Shown one piece after another: positions 29,545 to 38,467 of a DNA stretch of 64,000 nt. Source of the DNA: a virus (taxonomy: Duplodnaviria > Heunggongvirae > Uroviricota > Caudoviricetes); the IMG/VR virus record IMGVR_UViG_3300028888_000043, positions 9,756 through 73,755 of that record; one strand, written 5' to 3'. The position numbers and the translations under genes were made by a program. The notes below the pieces were generated by a model. The model was not told where the DNA came from and did not search any database. It saw only the letters and a list, made by a program, of their open reading frames with translations. Positions within the stretch are counted from its first letter, which is position 1. Every line of letters starts with the position of its first letter.

Positions 29545-29596
29545 CTGCGATTGCGATCTGCGAAGGTGGAGATTGAAGAAATCTTCACCTTTTTTC
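29545..29596 (+). terminator. TGCGA tandem repeat (CTGCGATTGCGATCTGCGAA) plus terminator hairpin
   Basis: GGTGGAGATT-gaaga-AATCTTCACC (one G-U pair) then T6. Confidence 0.7.
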
Positions 29597-29597
29597 A

Positions 29598-29642
29598 TTT
29601 TTATTTGGATATGTCATTTTTTTGTTGTATCTTTGTATCAGA
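29598..29642 (+). promoter_or_regulatory. class-A consensus promoter
   Basis: TTATTTGG...TTGTATCTTTGTATCAG. Confidence 0.55.
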
Positions 29643-29655
29643 AATAAATGAGATT

Positions 29656-29973
29656 ATGAACTACAAGATTTATCAACTTGACATCGACAATATCAATGTT
29701 CTTAGTGACCACAGACTCTTTGAGTCCTGGGATATGCTAAACAGAACATGTGGGTTCAGCAAGCACTGCTACAAGAAAGTCTATGAAGGTGAAGTCACTG
29801 CAAACACAATCGTCGGAGCGCTTGATTCCCTTTTCTGGAAATTCAATCTCAATCACCCTGAAGACTTCCATGGTCACTCCCTGTCTGTATCTGATGTGGT
29901 TGAATTGGATGGAGTCTGGTATTATTGTGACTCCATTGGCTGGGTGAACATCAAAACAGAAGAAAAACTATAA
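29656..29973 (+). CDS. hypothetical protein (105 aa)
   Basis: start trimmed to first ATG after promoter (track ORF extends back over dam). Confidence 0.45.
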   Translation: MNYKIYQLDIDNINVLSDHRLFESWDMLNRTCGFSKHCYKKVYEGEVTANTIVGALDSLFWKFNLNHPEDFHGHSLSVSDVVELDGVWYYCDSIGWVNIKTEEKL

Positions 29974-30016
29974 AAATATTTGGATATACCAATTATTTGT
30001 ATTATCTTTGTAACAG
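29973..30016 (+). promoter_or_regulatory. class-A consensus promoter
   Basis: AAAATATTTGG...TATTATCTTTGTAACAG. Confidence 0.55.
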
Positions 30017-30031
30017 AATCAGAAACAGTAT

Positions 30032-30415
30032 ATGAAAACTAACGAACAGTTACTCAATGAGATTTATTCTCATTTCCCCGAGTCTGAAGACAAGAATGAG
30101 ACTCTTTGCAGTCTTATCACTGACTCCCTGGCCGCCATCGGTTATTGGAACACCAAGGATCCTGAACCGGAAGATCAGACCAAGTACTACTGGGAGGACC
30201 GCATCTGGGAAGATGTGAAGGCAGGTAAGTCTCTTACCTTCGGTGATGAGGACAATCATGGTGAACTCAACCTGGCGAACATCGCCAAGGCACTCAACAT
30301 CATCAAGAAACATGACCCTGACACCTATGAAGACATCCAGAATGAAGACTGGGATGCAGATTCCTGCGATGTCTTCTTCCAGATTGCTGTCTTCGGGGAA
30401 GTGGTATTCGGTTAA
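30032..30415 (+). CDS. hypothetical acidic protein (127 aa)
   Basis: ORF after promoter. Confidence 0.45.
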   Translation: MKTNEQLLNEIYSHFPESEDKNETLCSLITDSLAAIGYWNTKDPEPEDQTKYYWEDRIWEDVKAGKSLTFGDEDNHGELNLANIAKALNIIKKHDPDTYEDIQNEDWDADSCDVFFQIAVFGEVVFG

Positions 30416-30433
30416 ACTCAAAACAACAAGACA

Positions 30434-30928
30434 ATGAAACCAATCAAGTTATCAATCAAGTCAGTAGTACTTATCATCTCTCTGACAATCAACATCTTCA
30501 GTGCATTCTATCTCAGGAATGCCAAGTCACCGGAGACCATCCAAGCAGAAGCGGAACTTCTTGCCCAGGCAGACACCCTTTCTGAGTGGGACATCTTCAC
30601 CCTTGCCCTGATGAAGGTGGAGTCAGAATATGACAACAGTGCAGTCTCATCTGTTGGTGCAAGAGGATACTTCCAGATGACTCCCATCTATGTCAAGGAG
30701 GTAAACCGAGTCCACAATACCAACTACACCTTTGACCAGGTGACTGACTTTGACACTGCCTATGAGATTTTCGACCTTATGCAGCAGGCCCACAATCCCA
30801 ATTACAATCTGGACAAGGCACTGGAACTCCATAATGGGAAGCATGCCTGGTACAACCGCCGGGTATATAAGGAGATGAAGAATATCCAGCAGTATGAAGA
30901 AATGAGAAACAAAGTTAAGAATATTTGA
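30434..30928 (+). CDS. lytic transglycosylase (SLT domain) with N-terminal signal/anchor; endolysin candidate
   Basis: ALMKVESEYDNSAVSSVGARGYFQMTP matches the SLT catalytic motif ES...S.AGA.GLMQ. Confidence 0.7.
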   Translation: MKPIKLSIKSVVLIISLTINIFSAFYLRNAKSPETIQAEAELLAQADTLSEWDIFTLALMKVESEYDNSAVSSVGARGYFQMTPIYVKEVNRVHNTNYTFDQVTDFDTAYEIFDLMQQAHNPNYNLDKALELHNGKHAWYNRRVYKEMKNIQQYEEMRNKVKNI

Positions 30929-30930
30929 TT

Positions 30931-31176
30931 ATGAAAAAGTTCATTATTCTCCTCGCCCTCTCCATCATACTCTCAAGTTGCGGAGTCACCTATTACACCT
31001 ACTATGAGGTGGATGATGTGGACAAGGCCAACACAATCTCCAAGCAGGATGCCGAGTGGTCTCAAAGACATATCTCACCGTCACGAGTGATCGCAGCATA
31101 CACAGACTCCACCGGACATATGGTCTATCTCATTGAGACCAAGATCTATGACACCGGTAAAATTGATTATGAATAA
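30931..31176 (+). CDS. small lipoprotein (o-spanin-like position)
   Basis: signal peptide plus lipobox ILSSCG immediately downstream of the lysin gene; ATG start (track start 30925 is TTG). Confidence 0.5.
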   Translation: MKKFIILLALSIILSSCGVTYYTYYEVDDVDKANTISKQDAEWSQRHISPSRVIAAYTDSTGHMVYLIETKIYDTGKIDYE

Positions 31177-31191
31177 AAATCCAATACAGTC

Positions 31192-31377
31192 ATGATTTAC
31201 AAATTAGTTATCGGCGCCATTCTGTTGGCCACCATCCTTTACTATTTCTTCTGCTTTATGGAGATTTTTGGTGCAATCAAGTTCACGGACAAGAACACCA
31301 CCATCAAGATTCCACAGATGTTCATCCCCTTCTACTACCTTATCCACAGTGATAAGCCCAAGTCCAATGAAAAGTAA
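31192..31377 (+). CDS. small membrane protein (holin / i-spanin candidate)
   Basis: 61 aa, N-terminal TM helix, charged C-terminus. Confidence 0.45.
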   Translation: MIYKLVIGAILLATILYYFFCFMEIFGAIKFTDKNTTIKIPQMFIPFYYLIHSDKPKSNEK

Positions 31378-31415
31378 AACCAATCAATAATTTTTTAATT
31401 TAACCCTTTTTAATT

Positions 31416-32600
31416 ATGTTTGAATTAAGCAAAGGCAAAGTCATTGCCATTATCACCGGCATTTTCGTCATCATCGTCCTCGCCCTTATGGGAAGTGCAG
31501 CGGAGGATGTGAAGAACGAGCAGATTGTCATCAACCAGTACCCTTTCTCCGGAAAGATGGCATACTGGACCGAGCCAGGCATGCACTGGCAGGGATTCGG
31601 TCGCAAGACTGAGTACTACAAGACCCAGCAGTTCTGGTTTGGAGGTAAGGATGTGGACGGTGAGTCCCATGGTAACCCCATCAAGGTCATTTTCAATGAT
31701 GCTTCCGTCGGTTACATCTATGGATCCCTCCGAGTCATCCTCCCTACCGATACCGAGCACCTGAAACTCATCCAGACAGCATACACGGGTATGGACCGTC
31801 TTATGAATGACCTGGTTGCCCAGAATGTTGTGAAAGTCATCTATGCTTCCGGACCTCTGATGTCGGCATTTGAGTCCTATGCAGAGAAGAAGAATGATAT
31901 GGTGTTCTATATTACCGACCAGTTGACCTATGGTGTGTACAAGACCACAGTCCGTGAGGAGGATACTGTCGATTCCTTCACTGGTGAAGTCAAGAAGGTC
32001 AAGGTTGCGTCCCTGGTACAGAATGAAGATGCTCCTAATGGTTATGTGCGTTCAGAGAAGTCTCCTTTCTCCTCCTATGGTGTGATTATCGACCAGGTGT
32101 CCATCACTGAAATCACTTATGATGAGAAGGTAACCCAGCAGATCCAGACACAGCAGCAGGCCAATATGTCTATCCAGACCAAGAAGGCAGAGGCCCTTGC
32201 CGCCCAGCAGGATGCCATCAAGGCAGAGGCAGAAGGTAAGGCTGCTGCCGCCAAGGCCAAGTGGGAACAGGAGAAGGTGAAGGCAACCGAGGTGACCAAG
32301 GCTGAACAGGAACGGGAAGTTGCCCGCCTGGCAGCAGAGAAGGCAGAGTTTGACAAGAAGAAGATTATTGCCGAGGGTGAAGCGGAGGCGGCTGCCAACC
32401 GTGCGAAGGTCTCCGCTGGTCTGACTCCTCAGGAACGTGCAGAGTGGGAATACAAGACCAAGGTTGGTGTCGCTGACGCTCTTGCCAAGACCAACTGGCC
32501 GAAGATTGTGATGAGTGGAGGTAATGGAGGTGCATCCGGCGCACTGGATGTCATCACCCTGGAGAGGATGAATGCACTTGTCAAGAGTATGTCTGACTAA
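31416..32600 (+). CDS. SPFH/band-7 (HflK/C-, prohibitin-like) membrane protein
   Basis: N-terminal TM, central SPFH-like region, A/E/K-rich coiled coil at C-terminus; C-biased codon usage. Confidence 0.55.
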   Translation: MFELSKGKVIAIITGIFVIIVLALMGSAAEDVKNEQIVINQYPFSGKMAYWTEPGMHWQGFGRKTEYYKTQQFWFGGKDVDGESHGNPIKVIFNDASVGYIYGSLRVILPTDTEHLKLIQTAYTGMDRLMNDLVAQNVVKVIYASGPLMSAFESYAEKKNDMVFYITDQLTYGVYKTTVREEDTVDSFTGEVKKVKVASLVQNEDAPNGYVRSEKSPFSSYGVIIDQVSITEITYDEKVTQQIQTQQQANMSIQTKKAEALAAQQDAIKAEAEGKAAAAKAKWEQEKVKATEVTKAEQEREVARLAAEKAEFDKKKIIAEGEAEAAANRAKVSAGLTPQERAEWEYKTKVGVADALAKTNWPKIVMSGGNGGASGALDVITLERMNALVKSMSD

Positions 32601-32617
32601 ACACTATGAAAAGAAAA

Positions 32618-32654
32618 ATGTGGCATGCAGGTTACTGTGTGCCACATTTTTTTA
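32618..32654 (+). terminator. Rho-independent terminator
   Basis: ATGTGGCA-loop-TGCCACAT then T7. Confidence 0.65.
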
Positions 32655-32690
32655 TGTATTGCCATAAATATTTTTATATAATTATAAGTT

Positions 32691-35072
32691 ATGGCAGATA
32701 CAATATCATATATAAAAATTGGAAATCAAACACATCCAATAGATGCAGTGACAGTCAATGGTATAACCATCTCACAACAAGAAAAGAACACATGGAATTC
32801 AAAACAAAATGCATTATCCTTTGACTCAATCCCTACAGAGAACTCTAACAACCTGGTGAAGTCAGGTGACCTCTACACTGTCATAGTTGACAATGAGGAG
32901 GTGACAGCAGCTGCTCTCAATGACCTCAATGACAGGATGATAAATGTGGAGAATGGTATGGTAACTGAAGAATATGACCCTGTATTCTCCTCATCTGCTG
33001 CTGCATCAATCACATCAGCCAACATCTCCAACTGGAACAGTAAGACCAGTAACACTGGTACCCTCACTGGTATCTCTATGAATGGGGTGAGTAAAGGTAC
33101 AAGCGGTAACATCAATCTTGGTACTGTCGTCACAGGTATAACTTTCAATGGTTCAAATGTATCTGTAAGTAAAGGTGTAGCAGCAATTAGTGTTTCTATC
33201 CCTGCCGCAGTGACATCAAATACAGTAGCAGGTTGGGGATTTACCAAAAATTCTGCACCTGGAACACTGACAACAACTGCAACTACATCTTTGTCAACTG
33301 CAACCAATGAGGCATTATCTGGGAACATCAGTCTCCACAAGATTGCCAAGACTGGTACTTATTCGGACCTGGTTGGAAAACCAGACCTACCAATGGCTGC
33401 TTACTTCAATCCTGCCAATGAGACTATGTATTTCTTCAAGTCAACAGCAGACAGGGATTCATTTGTGGCAAATAGAACACAAACAAGTCTGGTAATGTTT
33501 TCAACACAGATGTCACCATATATCAAGTTTAAAGACCCGAATGTTTTATCAGTCTTACTTACAAAAAACATAGGTGATGGTGTCGGAATAACTGAAACAC
33601 AGGCAGCCGCCGTTACAAGTATGAATAATGTTTTTGACGGCAATACAGGCATCAGTACCTTTGATGAGGGAGAGTATTTCACGGGATCTGACAGTTGGGC
33701 CAGTGCTTTCCGCAACTCAACTGTCACAAGGGTAAAACTTCCGATGGGTCTCCGCACAACCAATGCCTCTGGAGCATGGTCATATATGTTCTATGGATGT
33801 ACATCGTTGCAGGAGATTAATTTTGCTGATATGCAAAGAGGTACAGAGGCAGCACAGGCTGCACAATTCCAATGGTTTACTGGTTGCTCCACTCTTACAA
33901 CAATCAGTTTTGACAATATTGAGCAGATTTGTAAGTTTGTACCTACACGTTATCTTTTGTCAGATGTTCCATTTGGCTATAATACTAACACTCACCTTGT
34001 CAACTTGAATGGTCACGAACTCATAAATGTGGTTATTCCTTCAACCATTACTTCGATACGACCTTGCACCTTCTATCGTTTTAATAGGATTGTTTCTGTA
34101 ACAAACATAGCATCTGTGACAACAATAGGTCAATATGCATTCTACCAATGTACATCACTTACAACTGTTACAGAACCCACATCTTTAACAACAATAGAAC
34201 CATATACATTCAGTCAATGTACCAGTCTAAAATCAATATCCTTACCAGTGGCAACAACTATTGGTAACTGTGCATTCAATCAATGTACCAGTCTTTCTTG
34301 TGATTTGCCATTACCAGTGGCAACAACTATTGGAAAATATGCATTTTATCAGTGTCCTATTACAAATCTATCATTACCTGTTATTGAGACAATAGGTGAA
34401 TATGCATTTAGTGATTGTACTGAAATCACTTCCCTCACATTACCTTCAACAATAACAACAATAGGTAATGGTGCATTCAAGGGGTGTTCAAAATTAGTTA
34501 ATGTAACAATAAACAACAGTGTAAATTGTGGAAGAGATTGTTTTGTATCATCAGGAACAGGAGAAGGTACATTTACAATAAATGGTAATTATACAGAAAC
34601 TGTAGGAAGTTCATATAACAGACTTGGTTATTACAAACATTACAATATCACTGGGGATTTAAGTTCATGGACTACATATTGGACATTTGATTCAAAGTTT
34701 GAAACAATCAGAATAGGTGGTAATATAATTGGACAAAATACAACTGCATGTGTATTCAGAGATAGTAGTTATAGTCAAAAATTAAAATTTTTTGAATTGA
34801 TGGGAACATCCAACATCAATTTATGTTCTGCATTTCCACAATCAATTGAAAGTGGATTCATAGCTCACTTTGGATATAGTGATATTGCTATGACAGCAGC
34901 ACAAGCACATATATCTGATTCAAAGTTCTCAAAACTATATGTTGGTGATGGAACATCTGCTGCTGCCGATCAAGCAGTATTGAATAAATATCTTGCTGAT
35001 TCCACTTGGTCTCCATACTCATCAAAATTAGATCTCTGGTATAATTACACAGGTACATACAAAACCAGTTAA
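32691..35072 (+). CDS. tail fibre / receptor-binding protein with C-terminal BspA-type leucine-rich repeats
   Basis: N-terminal module shared with next gene; repeated xTxIGxxAFxxCxSLxxI(S/T)LP units near C-terminus. Confidence 0.6.
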   Translation: MADTISYIKIGNQTHPIDAVTVNGITISQQEKNTWNSKQNALSFDSIPTENSNNLVKSGDLYTVIVDNEEVTAAALNDLNDRMINVENGMVTEEYDPVFSSSAAASITSANISNWNSKTSNTGTLTGISMNGVSKGTSGNINLGTVVTGITFNGSNVSVSKGVAAISVSIPAAVTSNTVAGWGFTKNSAPGTLTTTATTSLSTATNEALSGNISLHKIAKTGTYSDLVGKPDLPMAAYFNPANETMYFFKSTADRDSFVANRTQTSLVMFSTQMSPYIKFKDPNVLSVLLTKNIGDGVGITETQAAAVTSMNNVFDGNTGISTFDEGEYFTGSDSWASAFRNSTVTRVKLPMGLRTTNASGAWSYMFYGCTSLQEINFADMQRGTEAAQAAQFQWFTGCSTLTTISFDNIEQICKFVPTRYLLSDVPFGYNTNTHLVNLNGHELINVVIPSTITSIRPCTFYRFNRIVSVTNIASVTTIGQYAFYQCTSLTTVTEPTSLTTIEPYTFSQCTSLKSISLPVATTIGNCAFNQCTSLSCDLPLPVATTIGKYAFYQCPITNLSLPVIETIGEYAFSDCTEITSLTLPSTITTIGNGAFKGCSKLVNVTINNSVNCGRDCFVSSGTGEGTFTINGNYTETVGSSYNRLGYYKHYNITGDLSSWTTYWTFDSKFETIRIGGNIIGQNTTACVFRDSSYSQKLKFFELMGTSNINLCSAFPQSIESGFIAHFGYSDIAMTAAQAHISDSKFSKLYVGDGTSAAADQAVLNKYLADSTWSPYSSKLDLWYNYTGTYKTS

Positions 35073-35077
35073 CTGAA

Positions 35078-35112
35078 AAAGACTCACCAACAAGTGAGTC
35101 TTTCTTTTATTT
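35078..35112 (+). terminator. Rho-independent terminator
   Basis: AAAGACTCAC-caacaa-GTGAGTCTTT then CTTTTATTT. Confidence 0.6.
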
Positions 35113-35163
35113 GTCATTCCCCATAAATACCTATATAGTATCAGAAAACTAATTCTAAACAAT

Positions 35164-37656
35164 ATGGCTGAATCAATTTCTTATATCAAAGTAGGTAACC
35201 AGGACCATCCAATTGATGCTGTAACCGTCAATGGTTTGACCCTTACATCACAAGAAAAAAGTTCTTGGAATGAAAAACAAGATGCTCTGACATTTGATTC
35301 AATACCAACAGAAAATTCAGATAACCCTGTCAAGTCTGGTGGAGTCTATGAGATGATAGTAGACAATGAGTATGTAATCTCTACTGCACTCAATGACCTC
35401 AATGACCGTCTGTTGGATGTTGAAGGTAATTCTCTCACAAGTGAAAGTGACCCGGTGTTTATGTCATCACCTGCATCAAGTATCACTGTTGCCAACATTT
35501 CTGCATGGAATGCCAAGCAGGATGCTCTCACTTTTGACTCACTTCCAACAGAGAACTCTGACAATATGGTGAAATCAGGTGCACTTTACACAGTCCTCAC
35601 AAATACTGAACTTGTTGTGGCAACTGCACTCAATGACCTCAACCAGAGGGTGAGTAGCAATCAAAGTTCCATTTCCAATTTATATGAGGAAATTGACAGG
35701 GCATTGACAGCAGTCCTTACTTACAAGGGTACAGTTGGTTCAAATGGTGATTACACATCTCTTCCTTCATCACATGAGGTTGGTGATGTCTATGTTGTTT
35801 CATCTGCCGGTACTTTTGCAGGTCAGTCTTGCGAGGTTGGTGATTACATCATCTGTAAGACCTCCCGTTCAACTGCATCTGACAATGACTGGAATGTTGT
35901 CAATGGTGAGAACCAGGTGTCCAACAGTGCTGCCACCTTGGCAGCAGCAGGTTCAAATGTGACCATAGCAACAGTGGATGGTACCAACATCACTATCTCC
36001 ACTCCTGCATCCTGGACTGGTGTGAGTAAGAATGGTACACTCACTGGTGTGACATTCAATGGTGTTTCTGCATCTGTAAGTAATGGTGTGGTATCAATCA
36101 GTCTCACCTATGACTCCATCCCTACTGAGAATTCAGACAATCTTGTCAAATCAGGTGACCTCTACACTGTCATAGTTGACAATGAGGAGGTGACAGCAGC
36201 CGCACTCAATGACCTCAATGACAGGATGATAAATGTGGAGAATGGTATGGTGAACTTCTCTGAACAAGACCCTATCTTCTCAAATTCAGCAGCAGCATCA
36301 ATCACCAATTCCAACATCTCATCCTGGAATGCCAAACAGGATGCACTCTCATTTGACTCTATTCCTACTGAAAACTCAACCAACCTTGTGAAGTCAGGTG
36401 ACCTCTATACTGTCATCACACAGAACGAATTCGTCGCGGCCGCAGCACTCAATGACCTGAATGACAGGGTGGAAGTACTTGAAGAAAACCAGTATAGTTT
36501 TGATTCACTCCCTACTGAAAATTCAGAGAACCTGGTGAACTCTGGTGCTCTTTATGGTGTCATAGTAAGTAATGAAAGGGTGGTTGCTACAGCACTCAAT
36601 GATGTCAATGACAGACTGATGGTATTGGAAAATAATATGAGTGATTCCTTTGAAGATGTCAACAGTGATGTGGCATCATTGGCAAGTACACTCCAAACAT
36701 CAGAAGAAGTGACAGCAGCAGCACTTAATGACCTGAACAGTAGAGTTACCACTCTTGAAAGTGGTTCAGGTAGTGGAACTGGTGGTGGTATCACAGGTGT
36801 CACCTTCAATGGTACAGCAGCATCCATCAGTAATGGTATTGCAAGTATAAGTGTAAGTATCCCAGCGGCTGTAACAGAAGCAACTGTATCAGGATGGGGA
36901 TTCACCAAGAATACAGGTACTCTCACTACACATGCCTCACATAAACTTACAGCAACAAACAGTACTGCAACCTCAATCAGCCAAGGTACAGAAATCACAT
37001 TCATAGAGTCTCTCACCGGTACTACAACAGCAACATCAGGAGACCTCACAGTGACTGCAACCAGAAAGAAAGTGACCATCCCTACCGCTGTCACAGAAGC
37101 AACTGTGTCTGGCTGGGGATTCACCAAGAATGCCGGTACACTCACAACACATGCATCACATAAACTTACAGCAACAAACAGTACAGCAACTTCTGTCAAC
37201 CAGGGAACTGAAATCACATTCATAGAGTCTCTTACTGGTACAACCACAGCAACATCAGGAAACCTTACAGTAACTGCAACCAGAAAGAAAGTTACAATTC
37301 CTACTGCTGTCACAGAAGCAACTGTCTCCGGTTGGGGATTCACCAAGAATACTGGTACATTGACAGGTATCTCTATGAATGGTGCCGCAGTTTCTGTATC
37401 CAATGGTGTTGCCAATCTTGGAACAGTCCTGACATCTCATCAGAGTATCAAGACCATCAACAGTCAGACAATGACAGGTTCAGGTAATGTTACAATCAGG
37501 GAGATTCCTGCCTGTACCAGTTCAGACAATGGAAAGATTCTCCAAGTGGTGAACGGATCCTGGACTCTTGTTACACCTGTTAGTATCTATAGTGGTAACG
37601 GTTCACCAAATAATAGTCAGGGAACTAATGGTGATTTATATATACAAACAAGTTAA
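35164..37656 (+). CDS. tail fibre-like protein with reiterated DS(I/L)PTENS..LNDLNDR units and a 219-nt tandem repeat
   Basis: N-terminus MAESISYIKVGNQDHPIDAVTVNG paralogous to upstream gene; at least 5 copies of an about 80-aa unit; 2.3 tandem copies of a 73-aa unit. Confidence 0.6.
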   Translation: MAESISYIKVGNQDHPIDAVTVNGLTLTSQEKSSWNEKQDALTFDSIPTENSDNPVKSGGVYEMIVDNEYVISTALNDLNDRLLDVEGNSLTSESDPVFMSSPASSITVANISAWNAKQDALTFDSLPTENSDNMVKSGALYTVLTNTELVVATALNDLNQRVSSNQSSISNLYEEIDRALTAVLTYKGTVGSNGDYTSLPSSHEVGDVYVVSSAGTFAGQSCEVGDYIICKTSRSTASDNDWNVVNGENQVSNSAATLAAAGSNVTIATVDGTNITISTPASWTGVSKNGTLTGVTFNGVSASVSNGVVSISLTYDSIPTENSDNLVKSGDLYTVIVDNEEVTAAALNDLNDRMINVENGMVNFSEQDPIFSNSAAASITNSNISSWNAKQDALSFDSIPTENSTNLVKSGDLYTVITQNEFVAAAALNDLNDRVEVLEENQYSFDSLPTENSENLVNSGALYGVIVSNERVVATALNDVNDRLMVLENNMSDSFEDVNSDVASLASTLQTSEEVTAAALNDLNSRVTTLESGSGSGTGGGITGVTFNGTAASISNGIASISVSIPAAVTEATVSGWGFTKNTGTLTTHASHKLTATNSTATSISQGTEITFIESLTGTTTATSGDLTVTATRKKVTIPTAVTEATVSGWGFTKNAGTLTTHASHKLTATNSTATSVNQGTEITFIESLTGTTTATSGNLTVTATRKKVTIPTAVTEATVSGWGFTKNTGTLTGISMNGAAVSVSNGVANLGTVLTSHQSIKTINSQTMTGSGNVTIREIPACTSSDNGKILQVVNGSWTLVTPVSIYSGNGSPNNSQGTNGDLYIQTS
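36868..37380 (+). repeat. 219-nt tandem repeat (about 2.3 copies, near-identical) inside fibre gene
   Basis: copies begin near 36868, 37087, 37306 (GCTGT[A/C]ACAGAAGCAACTGT...GGGGATTCACCAAGAAT). Confidence 0.75.
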
Positions 37657-37658
37657 TA

Positions 37659-38441
37659 ATGTCATCCATACTTTGTAAAGTAAATGATAGTTGGGTGCCT
37701 ACATCAAAATATTATAAAAAACAAAATGGAGAATGGGTGGAGATAAGTTATCAAGTATTTGAAAATTATGTTGAGACTTTATCTCCATTCATTTATCAAG
37801 GTCATACCCAATCCGAAACAGGTCCTGTAGTAGTCGATGAAACATATGACCCATCTAATCCTCCGGCACCAAATTCAGATGTCATCTATACCAACACTCC
37901 AGGTAGTCCAGAAGTGAAGACCAGTTCATCTGGAGAAGTCATTGAATACACATTCACAGATACATCCGGAAATACTACAAGTGATGTTGATACAGGCATA
38001 ATTGCCTTTGATAGCAACAACCCTGGCTGGACTCTTCATCTGGTCGTGGAAATGACACCAAATACAAACAACAACAAGAACATAATTGAAGCATATAACA
38101 CCACAAATAGGAGAGGACTGTATATATACACATCAGACAACTACCTGTACAAGAAAATACAGACAGCAAACTACAGCACCAACTCTTCATATGTAGCCTG
38201 GTCAAGGTTAAGTCCAACCGGTAAAGACTCAAATTACTATAAGACTTTGAACACCATCACATTTGATATAACATATACAAATGATAAGAAATTATCACTA
38301 TATGTAAACAATGTGGCACACTTTGAAAACTTCGATGTAGATGACACTACATTCCAAAATCTTACCATCAAAGTGGGTGTTGGAATGAGTGGATTTAATA
38401 TAAAAGAATTCACTGTTGTAAGAACAAATGTGAACACATAA
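37659..38441 (+). CDS. fibre-associated structural protein (260 aa)
   Basis: N-terminus KVNDSWVPTSKYYKKQNGEWVEI shares a motif with the C-termini of the next two genes. Confidence 0.5.
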   Translation: MSSILCKVNDSWVPTSKYYKKQNGEWVEISYQVFENYVETLSPFIYQGHTQSETGPVVVDETYDPSNPPAPNSDVIYTNTPGSPEVKTSSSGEVIEYTFTDTSGNTTSDVDTGIIAFDSNNPGWTLHLVVEMTPNTNNNKNIIEAYNTTNRRGLYIYTSDNYLYKKIQTANYSTNSSYVAWSRLSPTGKDSNYYKTLNTITFDITYTNDKKLSLYVNNVAHFENFDVDDTTFQNLTIKVGVGMSGFNIKEFTVVRTNVNT

Positions 38442-38467
38442 ATAATTATATTATAAGTGATTAACCA

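Noticed and set aside
36552-37415. 287-aa minus-strand ORF inside fibre gene
   Set aside because: Antisense of the tandem-repeat region. The repetitive low-complexity translation is an artefact of the repeats.
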